Of a DNA stretch of 64,000 nucleotides, positions 42,560-51,629 are shown one piece after another (position 1 is the first letter of the stretch; each line of letters begins with the position of its first letter). Below the pieces are notes generated by a model. It ran no database searches, was not told where the DNA came from, and saw only the letters and a program-made list of their open reading frames with translations. This DNA comes from Bacteroidales bacterium (GTDB taxonomy: Bacteria; Bacteroidota; Bacteroidia; Bacteroidales; UBA10428): assembly GCA_050295515.1 (NCBI GenBank), contig JBNKPU010000207.1, positions 1,358 through 65,357 on the forward strand. The letters are read 5' to 3'. Position numbers and translations under genes: made by a program.

Positions 42560-43651
42560 TCATTTTAAAGTACTAAGCACACAAGGCACGTCATTTCCCA
42601 AATGAAGGTTACCTGAAACAATAACCGTATCCAAGTCTTTTAAACCTTCTGTTATTACAACATGAGTACTGTTTTCCTCCCCCGTTGTTACATAATTCCA
42701 TTTAGATACTTGTTCTTTCTGATTGTACGTAAAAACTACTTTCTTACCGGTTCGCAGCACAATTGCATCTTTCGGAATAGCAAGGCATTTTTTGGGTGAA
42801 GACCTAACATAAACTTTAACTGTAACCCCATCATAGAGGGCTGAAGCGCTAGAGTTCAATTCTGCACTTACCATAATCAAACCATTTTCAACTGTAGGAT
42901 TAATTGCGGTTATCGTTCCGTTCGCTTTTAGACTTTCATTGAAAAATGTGAATGCCTGAACTTTTAATCCCTTATTTACTAATACCGATTCTTCTTCCAG
43001 AATATAGAAATCCACTTTTAGCTTACTGTTGTCAATTATAGTGCAGATAAAACCATTATCGAGGTAATTCCCTTCCTTCACATTCATATTGGCAACGGCA
43101 CCATCTATTGGTGCTTTAATATATGCAGACTGGTACTTGTTTTGAGCAATAATAAAGTCAGTTTTTGCCAGTTCAATCCCACTTCTCATTCTGGCATTTT
43201 GTAATAACTCTTTTGGCATATCTGCTATGTTTTCATCCGAGTAACCCAATGCCACAAGTTTATCTGAGAAGTCAATTTTAGCCTTCTCATACAAGACTTT
43301 CTGTCTCAAATAAGAATGGTATAATTCAAGAGTGTCCAAAATTGCAATGATCTGACCGGCTTTCACTTCCTGGCCTGTATTGACATTTATTTTAAGAATA
43401 GTTTCACTAAGCCTGGACCTGACATCTACTTTTTTTACGGCCGTTACTTTACCGTTAGCAGACAATTCTTTCGAGAAATTATCTGACTTAAGAACTATTG
43501 CCTCCACTTCAGCTGCGGTAGTGATTTGTTCAACCTTATCCTCTCCGGTTTCATCATCAGCCGCTTTTGCTCCTTTGTTACATCCGTATACTACTGCCAG
43601 CAGTAAAAACGAAAACAGAATGCTTTTAATATTAAATTGATTACTATACAT
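42560..43651 (-). CDS. Efflux RND transporter periplasmic adaptor (membrane-fusion) subunit
   Basis: Lipobox AVVYGC and a biotinyl-lipoyl-like/HlyD_D23 pattern (VKAGQIIAILD ... IKAPIDGAVANMNVKEGNY). Confidence 0.85.
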   Translation of the reverse strand: MYSNQFNIKSILFSFLLLAVVYGCNKGAKAADDETGEDKVEQITTAAEVEAIVLKSDNFSKELSANGKVTAVKKVDVRSRLSETILKINVNTGQEVKAGQIIAILDTLELYHSYLRQKVLYEKAKIDFSDKLVALGYSDENIADMPKELLQNARMRSGIELAKTDFIIAQNKYQSAYIKAPIDGAVANMNVKEGNYLDNGFICTIIDNSKLKVDFYILEEESVLVNKGLKVQAFTFFNESLKANGTITAINPTVENGLIMVSAELNSSASALYDGVTVKVYVRSSPKKCLAIPKDAIVLRTGKKVVFTYNQKEQVSKWNYVTTGEENSTHVVITEGLKDLDTVIVSGNLHLGNDVPCVLSTLK

Positions 43652-43658
43652 TGCTCAT

Positions 43659-43742
43659 CGATTATTATTTACTCAATACTAATTGTACATTATTAATTAC
43701 ACATTACACATTGATAATTACTCATTACTAATTGTCAATTTC
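43659..43742. repeat. Period-7 tandem repeat array (12 units)
   Basis: CGATTAT TATTTAC TCAATAC TAATTGT ACATTAT TAATTAC ACATTAC ACATTGA TAATTAC TCATTAC TAATTGT CAATTTC. It overlaps the RND1 stop (..TISNE*). Confidence 0.7.
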
Positions 43743-46700
43743 TTCTTCACAAAAAACACAGGCAGCACAAACAATATCCCAATTATAGAAAACACTAGCC
43801 CGCTGCATGTAGCGACCGCCAGTGGAAACCAGAAATCTTCTTTTTCACCGGCCAGCAAATAGGGCAGCATACCAATTAAGGTCGATAGAATGGTTAAGAT
43901 AATAGGAACTATTTTAGCCCGGTAAGCTAAAAAGTAAGCCCGGTTTCCCTTCAATCCTTTCTTTTTAACATTATTCAGTTCATTGATAATATAAATGGCT
44001 GAGTTTACTGTTAGCCCACATAACAAGATCATGGCTGAATAACCTCCCTGGTCAAAACTTATTCCAAAGATACGGAAAGTCAGAAATACACCGATAAAGG
44101 TAACAGGAATCAGGGATATTACTGCCAGTGGTTGCCAGAGCGATTCAAACAATACAGCACTTACCATATAAATAATTAAAACAACAAAAAAAATCAAGGC
44201 AGTCTGCCTGTTCTTTTCTTTGCTACTTTGATAAACATATTGCCTGTTTTCAATCTTATATCCCATCGGCAATTGATTTTCATATTTTTCCATAAGCTCA
44301 TCCAGAACTAATTTTCCCAGCTGGTATGTTCCAATAAAGTCCCATTCGACAAAAACAATGTATTGTTGGTTTTGCCTATTTATAGAGGTAGAAGTTTTTT
44401 GTTTTGAAATATCTGCAATCGCATTGGGTTTAAACAAGGTTGTATTTGCCGGCAATACCGAATTTTCTAATTGCCAGTAATCGAAACTGCCAGCGGCACT
44501 GGAAGATATCACCAGGTTTTCAGAATTCCCGCCATTATTTATTGTACCAAGATAACGTTCTTCTGTAGTGATGAGGCTTAGGTAATTTGCCAGGTTCCTG
44601 TATGCGGTATTTTTAAAGGCTACCTTTTCCCGATCAGCCCTAAGAACATACTCCCAACTTTTATCCCGATAGTAACTGTCAGATCCCATGATATTAGCCT
44701 CCTTTATCCGAGGGTTTTTTAGTAAACCCTCCCTGAGTTCTTCCGCATATCGGTATACCTGCCCGTAATTATACCCTAATAATGCAACCTTATAATTACC
44801 AACTCTTTCCTGCATTGAATTATTAAATCCATCGCCTTGTCCATATATCCTGGCATCCAGGCTTGAAAAACCAATAGCTTTTGATATTAACTCATTCTGC
44901 AGAAAGAAAGGAAAAGAAGTAAATTCATGTTCCGGTTTAAAGGTTATAACCATGCGGGCATTATCTGTTCCATATATGCTTGATTCAAAACGGTCAATCT
45001 CCGAATATTGCTTCAGGTAATTCTCGATTTCGATAAATACCTCGTTCATCTGTTCAATAGTAGCGCCGTCTTCCATAGAAGCATGCATAACAACAGAGGT
45101 GCGTTGCCTTTCGTTGTAAAACCTGCCATGGTCTACTTTTTTAACGAAGGCACGAAGCGTACCCCCGGTGATTTTTTCAACGACAGGACCAATGGACCTT
45201 GTATAAACATCACTTCCCAGTGTCTTGTTGTACATGTGCCCCCAGAAATTATCTTTCTCGATTTTGTTCGGCAACAAAAAAAGCGGCAGACCAAAAGAGA
45301 AAACAAGTACAACAACCCAAATCCACCTGAAACGGATGAAGAAGCCAACAATACGGGGATAAATTTTATTTATGGGAAGTACGCGCTTTTTCCTCTTATA
45401 GTATTTGCCATTTATGGCTTTGGTATACACCGGTACTTTTTCGATAAGCGCAGGAATAAAGAACAGTGCGACAAACAATGAGACAGTAAGGTTTACGATT
45501 AAAACAACTGCAAAATCGAGCAGGTTAAGCTGAGCTCTTTGATCCAGAAAAAAGATAACTGACAGTGATGCAATTGTGGTCAATGTCGAGGCGAAAACCG
45601 CCATAAAGACTTTTCGATTCTTTTTGTGCCTTATATGATCGGTCATAACAATGCTGTTGTCGATTAGTAGCCCAAGCGACACAGTTATACCGGCAAAAGA
45701 GTACAGGTGCAATTGTACACCAAGCAAGTAATAGATAAAGAAATTGATAGCCAGATTGCACAGCAGGCTAAGCGAGATTACCAGCATATATCGCCAATTG
45801 AGGGATATTAAACCCGTAAACAGAAGCAAGAGCAACAGAGCTAAAACAGTCCTGCGGACTATCTTGCTAATTTCTCCAGAAATATATTCGGTATTATCAT
45901 GCATTAGTAGCATTCCGATGTTCTCAGGCAGGCTTTTTTCAATATCATCTGCCTTGTTCTTTACACGTTCGGCGAGTTTAACCTGGTTTTGTCCTTCTTC
46001 CGGATAAACCACAACAGTTATATTCTTCTTTCCGTTTAGCCGGTAATAACTCCTTGCTATTACCGGTTCCCTTTTAACAGTTGCAATATCCCCAAGATAA
46101 GTTATATGCCCTTCTTTACTGGTATGCACAGGCACCTTCAACAAATCGGTTGCCGATGCGCCGTTTAGTCCTTTAACAACTATTGTTTTTTGATTTTCAC
46201 CATTAACCGGGGCAAGCCCCAAAGGCAATTGTATCAACTCAAGCCTAACCGTGTTAAGCAATTCATTGTAGTTTATGCCAAGATTTAACAACTTGTTAAT
46301 ATCAACTGAAATATTCCATTGAAAAGGTGTAATTCCGTGCATTTGCACCTGCCCTACTCCTTTTATTTGTTGCAAGGGGTCAACAATGCTTTCTTCAATT
46401 AACTGGGACAATTCTTCATTTTTTTCATCTGCCATTACCATATATGTGAGAACTGGACGCTGATCGGAAGCTTGTCCACCTGCCCATACCCCGGGGTAGC
46501 TCACTCCATTGGGCAAGGACGGATATAGTGTGCTGATCATTTGGGATACTTGGTAGCTAACAAGGTTCACATCAGCTTCTTTATTTAGCTCAAGGTAAAT
46601 ATTGCCCCAACCGTTTCCTGAGGTGGAATTCACATTTTTGACCTCAACGATTAGCGACAATTGAGCTTCCAGCACCGAAGTAACCCTTTGTTCAATCCTT

Positions 46701-46861
46701 GCCGGTGATGCCCCTGAATAGCCAAAAGAAACCGTAATGCTCGAATTGTTATACGATGGATAAAGCTGCAAAGGTATCCTAAACACCAATGCTAGCCCTG
46801 CCAAAGAAAGCATAGTAAACAAAGTTATTATTGTGAAGCTATTTGAGGATTTTAGGGACAT
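43718..46861 (-). CDS. Efflux RND transporter permease subunit (AcrB family), copy 1
   Basis: 1047 aa with AcrB-like topology; LLIDNSIVMTDHI motif. Confidence 0.92.
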   Translation of the reverse strand: MSLKSSNSFTIITLFTMLSLAGLALVFRIPLQLYPSYNNSSITVSFGYSGASPARIEQRVTSVLEAQLSLIVEVKNVNSTSGNGWGNIYLELNKEADVNLVSYQVSQMISTLYPSLPNGVSYPGVWAGGQASDQRPVLTYMVMADEKNEELSQLIEESIVDPLQQIKGVGQVQMHGITPFQWNISVDINKLLNLGINYNELLNTVRLELIQLPLGLAPVNGENQKTIVVKGLNGASATDLLKVPVHTSKEGHITYLGDIATVKREPVIARSYYRLNGKKNITVVVYPEEGQNQVKLAERVKNKADDIEKSLPENIGMLLMHDNTEYISGEISKIVRRTVLALLLLLLFTGLISLNWRYMLVISLSLLCNLAINFFIYYLLGVQLHLYSFAGITVSLGLLIDNSIVMTDHIRHKKNRKVFMAVFASTLTTIASLSVIFFLDQRAQLNLLDFAVVLIVNLTVSLFVALFFIPALIEKVPVYTKAINGKYYKRKKRVLPINKIYPRIVGFFIRFRWIWVVVLVFSFGLPLFLLPNKIEKDNFWGHMYNKTLGSDVYTRSIGPVVEKITGGTLRAFVKKVDHGRFYNERQRTSVVMHASMEDGATIEQMNEVFIEIENYLKQYSEIDRFESSIYGTDNARMVITFKPEHEFTSFPFFLQNELISKAIGFSSLDARIYGQGDGFNNSMQERVGNYKVALLGYNYGQVYRYAEELREGLLKNPRIKEANIMGSDSYYRDKSWEYVLRADREKVAFKNTAYRNLANYLSLITTEERYLGTINNGGNSENLVISSSAAGSFDYWQLENSVLPANTTLFKPNAIADISKQKTSTSINRQNQQYIVFVEWDFIGTYQLGKLVLDELMEKYENQLPMGYKIENRQYVYQSSKEKNRQTALIFFVVLIIYMVSAVLFESLWQPLAVISLIPVTFIGVFLTFRIFGISFDQGGYSAMILLCGLTVNSAIYIINELNNVKKKGLKGNRAYFLAYRAKIVPIILTILSTLIGMLPYLLAGEKEDFWFPLAVATCSGLVFSIIGILFVLPVFFVKKKLTISNE

Positions 46862-47044
46862 ATAAAATTGTACAATTGTATTTTAAAATACCTAGATTTC
46901 TTATGAAGCAGTTAGATTATTATTCGAACCCTTTTCAATGCCACAAGTCAAAGACTTGCTGCAGCTAGAGAGATGGTTGACATACATCAGACACATTTGC
47001 TTAAATCTGAAAAAAAAACATTCTAATGGTTTCCTGAGATGTAT

Positions 47045-47638
47045 TTACTCATTGTAATTTTTCTTCGCTAAGAAATTTTTATTTATATTAATAAAATATT
47101 TCACCGTTAATAAATTATTCTTTTTATCAGGGAAAAATAAACCATTAGTCCTCCGATTTTTATCTATAATAAAATAATACGGAATACCTAGCTCTTCTGC
47201 CTTATGAAAAAAAACATTATCAGTATTTATCATCAAGATTTCAGGTACAAGCCTTTTTTGATATGTTTTAAAATCACCCCGCCTTTCAAATGAGGCCAGA
47301 ACAATGACATTTGAAGATTTTGTGTTTTCAACAAATTGGTTAATTAGGTTTATCTCATTTCTTATGCATTCAGAGCATTGCTCCTCATTAATTCTCAATA
47401 TCAGCAACTGATCTTTTATTAAAAACTCTTCCAAATAACCTTTCTGATCATTATATTGGACATCAATATTTGGTATACTATCAGTCATGTATTTATAGCT
47501 TAGCCATAAATTGTTGACAGCATGTTCTACAAAAAAACTAGTATCATTGAACTTGCGATTAATCATATAAAACTTGTAAGTAAAAAATGTAGCAATGGCT
47601 ATGAGAACAATTATTATATGAGTTGATAAATTTTTCAT
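47045..47638 (-). CDS. Cassette B: membrane-anchored thioredoxin-fold CxxC protein
   Basis: TM anchor, LLILRINEEQCSECIRNE (CxxC), later GIPYYFIIDKN (cis-Pro-like region). Confidence 0.65.
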   Translation of the reverse strand: MKNLSTHIIIVLIAIATFFTYKFYMINRKFNDTSFFVEHAVNNLWLSYKYMTDSIPNIDVQYNDQKGYLEEFLIKDQLLILRINEEQCSECIRNEINLINQFVENTKSSNVIVLASFERRGDFKTYQKRLVPEILMINTDNVFFHKAEELGIPYYFIIDKNRRTNGLFFPDKKNNLLTVKYFININKNFLAKKNYNE

Positions 47639-47648
47639 TACTATCAGG

Positions 47649-48863
47649 TTAAAAATTTTTGAATTTATAAAAGAAAAGTACTGGATTATCTAAAGGTGAT
47701 ATGTTCTGGATTTTTTCGAGGCTTGAATTATTTGATAAAAAAACCTTAAAACTTTCTTCTGGAAGTATTTCTTTTAATTGTTCGAAATATTTATTTAAAT
47801 AAAGAGCACTTAACGAAGATATGAAATAGCCTTGGTGATTTCCAAGTATAAATTTATTCCAAGCAGGAAATATTATATCATCTTCAATTTCACCTTCTCC
47901 AATGATAAAGTGTTCACTCTTTTTGTCATAATAACAGTTTTTTAGACCATTTCCCAATGTAAATGAAATTGCAATCGTCGAGTCATTTTCATAAAAACCA
48001 TCAACTCCTAAAATGTAATTTTCATATTTATCTGGATTTTTGGGAACATCTTTAATTAACATGCTTGGGAGTAGATTATGTTCTCCAAAATCGAGAAAAT
48101 ATTTTTTTTCTATTTTGTTATTATCAACTGAATAAACATACTCATCATAAAAATCTAAATAATTTAAATTAGAACCTGATTTGAAAAATGCCTCAGTCTT
48201 CATAAGATTTGTTTCAAGATATTCTTTAGGAAAAGTTATGAATCTTCTAATAATACTTCCTTCTGAATCAGTATAAAATATCTTAATTCTTTTCTTGCCT
48301 TTATTCATTAAAGGATTATAATGATTGTTGAATATGTAAGTATTGCTATCAACATAACTTAAAAAATCAGCCCTGAAGTTATTTTCTAGTTTTTTTTCTG
48401 AGACTAATTCCCCTGTAAAATCATATGATATTAATGTGTGTTTAAATTGACTCATAATGACTATTGTATTGAGAGTCTTATTTATTGTAAAGTCTGCAAT
48501 TTGCCGGTACTCACCTGGACCTTTCCCTTCATTAAAGATTTTTAAGATAAATTTTCCTTTCTCCGAGAAAACAAAAATAGCATTACTATTTCTGTCTAGA
48601 ATGAAGATTTTATCTTCATAATAGCAAATTTTATTTATTTGGCTCAAATATTCTGTTGTATCCAGTTTAATACAGTAAAATTCTTTTATATAATCGGAAA
48701 TAATCTTATGAGAAGGATCCATATTTCCAATTTTTTCTAGTTCTATCCTTTTTACATTTGTATCATCCGATTCACTTATATAATTCTTGCTACAAGACAT
48801 CAAAATGAAGACTGGAACAATATAAACAATTAGGAGTTTTCCTGACTTGGTTAATTTTTTCAT
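47649..48863 (-). CDS. Cassette B: 6-bladed beta-propeller lipoprotein
   Basis: Lipobox ILMSC, GKGPGEY, KIFILDRNSNAIFVFSEKGKF, C-terminal DNPVLFF. Confidence 0.75.
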   Translation of the reverse strand: MKKLTKSGKLLIVYIVPVFILMSCSKNYISESDDTNVKRIELEKIGNMDPSHKIISDYIKEFYCIKLDTTEYLSQINKICYYEDKIFILDRNSNAIFVFSEKGKFILKIFNEGKGPGEYRQIADFTINKTLNTIVIMSQFKHTLISYDFTGELVSEKKLENNFRADFLSYVDSNTYIFNNHYNPLMNKGKKRIKIFYTDSEGSIIRRFITFPKEYLETNLMKTEAFFKSGSNLNYLDFYDEYVYSVDNNKIEKKYFLDFGEHNLLPSMLIKDVPKNPDKYENYILGVDGFYENDSTIAISFTLGNGLKNCYYDKKSEHFIIGEGEIEDDIIFPAWNKFILGNHQGYFISSLSALYLNKYFEQLKEILPEESFKVFLSNNSSLEKIQNISPLDNPVLFFYKFKNF

Positions 48864-48882
48864 TGTTTATTCAATGTTTTTA

Positions 48883-48976
48883 GAATTGTCCAAAAACACC
48901 ACCTACTAAAGTAATAGTAAAATAGGCTTATTATATTATGTATTTATCTAATATTTTCGGTGTTTTTGAACAATTC
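48883..48976 (-). promoter_or_regulatory. Long-range hairpin between peptide B and propeller B
   Basis: GAATTGTCCAAAAACACC (48883-48900) is complementary to GGTGTTTTTGAACAATTC (48959-48976) with one mismatch. Confidence 0.45.
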
Positions 48977-49004
48977 GCGCTATTCTAATTATTGTTGGTA
49001 CACA

Positions 49005-49487
49005 CTAGCAACTTGCACTAAAACATGATTCTGAAGAACCATCTCCACACTTTTGCACATATTGTGTAATTTCCTTTTTTTCAGAATACGTAACACCACC
49101 ACCAGTAGAACTTACATTTAAACCTACTGTACGTTCCTCTCGTGTAAGACATTTATAATCATAAGGGTAATAATCACCAGGTGTCCCGTAATCATCACCC
49201 CAGTAATCGCTGAAACCTGTTGCATCATAGCTTATAAAGTTGCCTGCTGCATCATAGGCATCGCTTAATGAGAAAGTAGATTGCCCTGAGTAATAATCCT
49301 CATCAAAATAGTATGTTATACCATTTTGCGTGAAAGTAATATAGCTTTTGCCTTCGGTTGATACTTGAGCAATAGCTTTCTTCGCTCGAAGATCTAAGGT
49401 TGAATTTTTGGAGTTAATATTTATAGATAGGTTAAAAGCCATAACTCCTACAACAGAATACAATAATACAAATTTAATAATTTTCAT
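49005..49487 (-). CDS. Cassette B: secreted Tyr/Asp/Gly-rich peptide precursor with Cys-containing C-terminus
   Basis: 160 aa: signal/TM, leader ..LDLRAKKAIA|QVSTEG, C-terminus ..YDYKCLTREE...QYVQKCGDGSSESCFSASC. Confidence 0.6.
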   Translation of the reverse strand: MKIIKFVLLYSVVGVMAFNLSININSKNSTLDLRAKKAIAQVSTEGKSYITFTQNGITYYFDEDYYSGQSTFSLSDAYDAAGNFISYDATGFSDYWGDDYGTPGDYYPYDYKCLTREERTVGLNVSSTGGGVTYSEKKEITQYVQKCGDGSSESCFSASC

Positions 49488-49570
49488 TTTTTAATAATTT
49501 AATGTTTGTTTAAATAATCTAGTAATCTAAATAAAAAGGATATAACCCCTTAATTTCTAACTATTTATTT

Positions 49571-50403
49571 ATCTTTGTCACCTCACCTCCTTTCTTCTTT
49601 GTCCGCCATAGCAATGCGACGGCGGAATGGGTTTAGGAGCCGGGCAGGACAAACCTGGTATCGCAAATACTCCTGAGTTTGTTCCTGCCTTTTTTGTCTC
49701 CATTTTTATAGTTGTTTAACTTTCTTGTGCATGTTAACTTTTGCAATAACATTACATAGCCATTTCTTAAACCTTGCGTTAAGGAAATAGTACAATCAAA
49801 TTGTTATGTTTAATATTCTTTATCCGAAAAGTCAATTAGAAAAACCAAAGCCTAAGTATACATGAATAAAAGAAGCATATTCATTTAATAAAATGTAGCA
49901 GGTGGCACAATAGTTCAAAAAAATGACAATTAACGGTTTATTTTACATTTAGGTTTGTATTTTCATTTTTGAGTTGGGTTTTAGATTTATTTATGGATTT
50001 ACTATTATTTAATAATTAACATGTTTTTATTGACTGCAATTTTATTTTTCACAAAACCAGGAAATTCAATCTCACAATTTTATTGTGCATACCTAAGCAA
50101 TAGCTTTCAGAATCTCCTATTGTACAATTTTAAAATAACATCTTGACTACACACCCCGAAGGTTATGTGGGTCAAATATAGAAAAAATCCGTTCTTTCGC
50201 AATTGTACCTGGGTAACAAAAAAAAGTATTTCCGTAACATTTCACCCTAAAACATGCTTATATAGCTTCATTATAATCGGTTTGCAGGTATCCATTTATG
50301 TTTATTCTACAATTTGATCAATATTTTATTTTCGTATCTAAATAATTCATAGCTCATATTTAGTTTATTATTCCTAAAGGTGTATGAGGGAATGTATATT
50401 AAA
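49571..50403. repeat. Long non-coding direct repeat, copy R1 (pairs with 55785-56631)
   Basis: By-eye alignment gives about 95 percent identity over the first roughly 430 nt and high identity over the last roughly 200 nt, with a diverged middle. No ORF of 60 aa or more. Confidence 0.85.
49583..49695 (+). ncRNA. Candidate small RNA or structured element inside R1
   Basis: A -7 box TATCTTTG (49570-49577) sits at the exact left edge of the repeat. The pyrimidine-rich 5' end is CACCTCCTTTCTTC. There is a hairpin TCCGCC/GGCGGA. A long hairpin GGCAGGACAAAC/GTTTGTTCCTGCC (49643-49689) is followed by T6. Confidence 0.35.
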
Positions 50404-50594
50404 TCCTCACCATCCAGAGGTAATACTTTTGGCTCTAACTCTAAAGATTTTATTTTAACCTTAGATCCTTCCAATTCTCGTTGTGATTTTTACTGGAACA
50501 ATTCATCAAGTAGTTTGTGAGATAATATTCCTATTAACAGTACTGTGACTAGAATAACTGTTGAATTTTGGATCCTGACTATTAAGATTATTTG

Positions 50595-50751
50595 CTCTAA
50601 TTAGTGTTTGTCAATAAAGTCCAACTACTGCGTTATTGCTCAAAATTTAAATCCTCATATACACAAGTATACTGCGATTTAAATTTTTCACACGCCTTGT
50701 ATTTGAACTTTATTCCTCAAACCCCCGACTTTATGGACAGACTCTAATTAG
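50595..50751. mobile_element. MITE-like element with 10-bp target-site duplication
   Basis: CTCTAATTAG occurs at 50595-50604 and 50742-50751. Terminal inverted repeats are TTTGTCAATAAAGTC (50607-50621) and the reverse complement of GACTTTATGGACAGA (50727-50741), matching 13 of 15. An internal 11-bp hairpin AAATTTAAATC/GATTTAAATTT is also present. Confidence 0.45.
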
Positions 50752-51063
50752 AGTTGTTAGATTATTAGGCATATCAGTTTTTTTGTTAAGCTCAAGGTAT
50801 ATATAGCCACAACCGTTTCCGGAGGTGGATTTCACATTTTCAACCTCATTGATTAGCGACAATTGTGCTTCCAGCACCGAAGTAACCCTTTGTTCAATCA
50901 TTGCCGGTGATGCCCCTGAATAGCCAAAAGAAACCCTAATACTCGAATTGCTATACGATGGGTATAGCTGCAAAGGTATCTTGAAAACCAATGCCAAACC
51001 AGCAAGCGAGAGCATGGTGAAGATGGTGATTATGGTGAAGCTATTTGAGGTTTTTCGGGGCAT
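50731..51063 (-). pseudogene. Truncated duplicate of the RND1 5' end
   Basis: MPRKTSNSFTIITIFTMLSLAGLALVFKIPLQLYPSY... aligns with RND1 residues 1 to about 97. By-eye nucleotide identity is roughly 85-90 percent. Homology stops near 50770, followed by unrelated sequence and a stop. Confidence 0.8.
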
Positions 51064-51179
51064 GAAGTATTGGATGCATTGTTTGATTGTTTTTTTTCTA
51101 AAATGAGCTATATATATTCTTTAATACTCAATTAAATTGTTATAAGAATCGTTTAGTTTCTATAGACTATGTTAAAAAG

Positions 51180-51629
51180 TCATAAATTTGTGGCTGTTGG
51201 TATAGCATATTCCAGCATCTCCTTTATGCTACATTTAATAAACAAGTTGTTATATTCTCTTTCCGTATTTGATCTGATGCTTATAACTTTTCGTTGAAAC
51301 CCTAGTTCTTTATCTTTTGTGTTAAAATCTATTGATAACTTTGTTGAGTCCCCTGGCAAGACTATATTAGTGTCAAGCATGAATCCAGTACAGCTACATT
51401 CAGGAGACACTTCCTTTATAATTAATTTTTCGCGTCCAAGGTTTTTAACGAAAAATATTGCATGAACCAAAGTATCATTTGAAATTGTACCAAAATCAAT
51501 TACTTTCTTTGAAAACCCTATTTGAGTTTGCACATTATCTACCTTTTCATTAGATATCTCATGTTTATTTTTAATATTACAACTATAAACATAAAAAGCA
51601 ATTAAAAAAATCCAATATTTTTTTTTCAT
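51180..51629 (-). CDS. Cassette C: DUF1573-like lipoprotein
   Basis: Lipobox YVYSC. FGTISNDT...FFVKNLGREKLIIKEVSPECSCTG...LPGDS matches the DUF1573 pattern. It has a 4-nt overlap with propeller C. Confidence 0.75.
   Translation of the reverse strand: MKKKYWIFLIAFYVYSCNIKNKHEISNEKVDNVQTQIGFSKKVIDFGTISNDTLVHAIFFVKNLGREKLIIKEVSPECSCTGFMLDTNIVLPGDSTKLSIDFNTKDKELGFQRKVISIRSNTEREYNNLFIKCSIKEMLEYAIPTATNL

Noticed and set aside
38751-43742. Possibility that the short tandem arrays are CRISPR
   Set aside because: The period is 7 nt with no spacers and no cas genes, so this is not a CRISPR architecture.
49890-49915. Sigma-54-like TGGCAC-N5-TTCA conserved in both long repeats
   Set aside because: The -24 element is perfect, but the essential GC of the -12 element is missing.
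49571-50403. Long repeat R1/R2 as an insertion sequence
   Set aside because: There is no transposase-sized ORF, no terminal inverted repeats and no target duplication. The copies are direct and sit at equivalent positions upstream of cassettes.
50300-50560. Minus-strand reading frame ...KVLPLDGEDLIYIPSYTFRNNKLNMSYELFRYENKILIKL* spanning the right edge of R1, and a conserved 16-codon micro-ORF MSYELFRYENKILIKL
   Set aside because: There is no start codon for the long frame, and R2 has a stop in it. The only supporting observation is one synonymous difference, which is too little to call a gene or gene remnant.
46908-50768. Shared 12-mer GTTAGATTATTA upstream of RND1 (about 46912) and at the RND-fragment breakpoint (about 50756)
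   Set aside because: Exact 12-mers recur by chance many times in an AT-rich window of this size, so this is not evidence for a recombination site.
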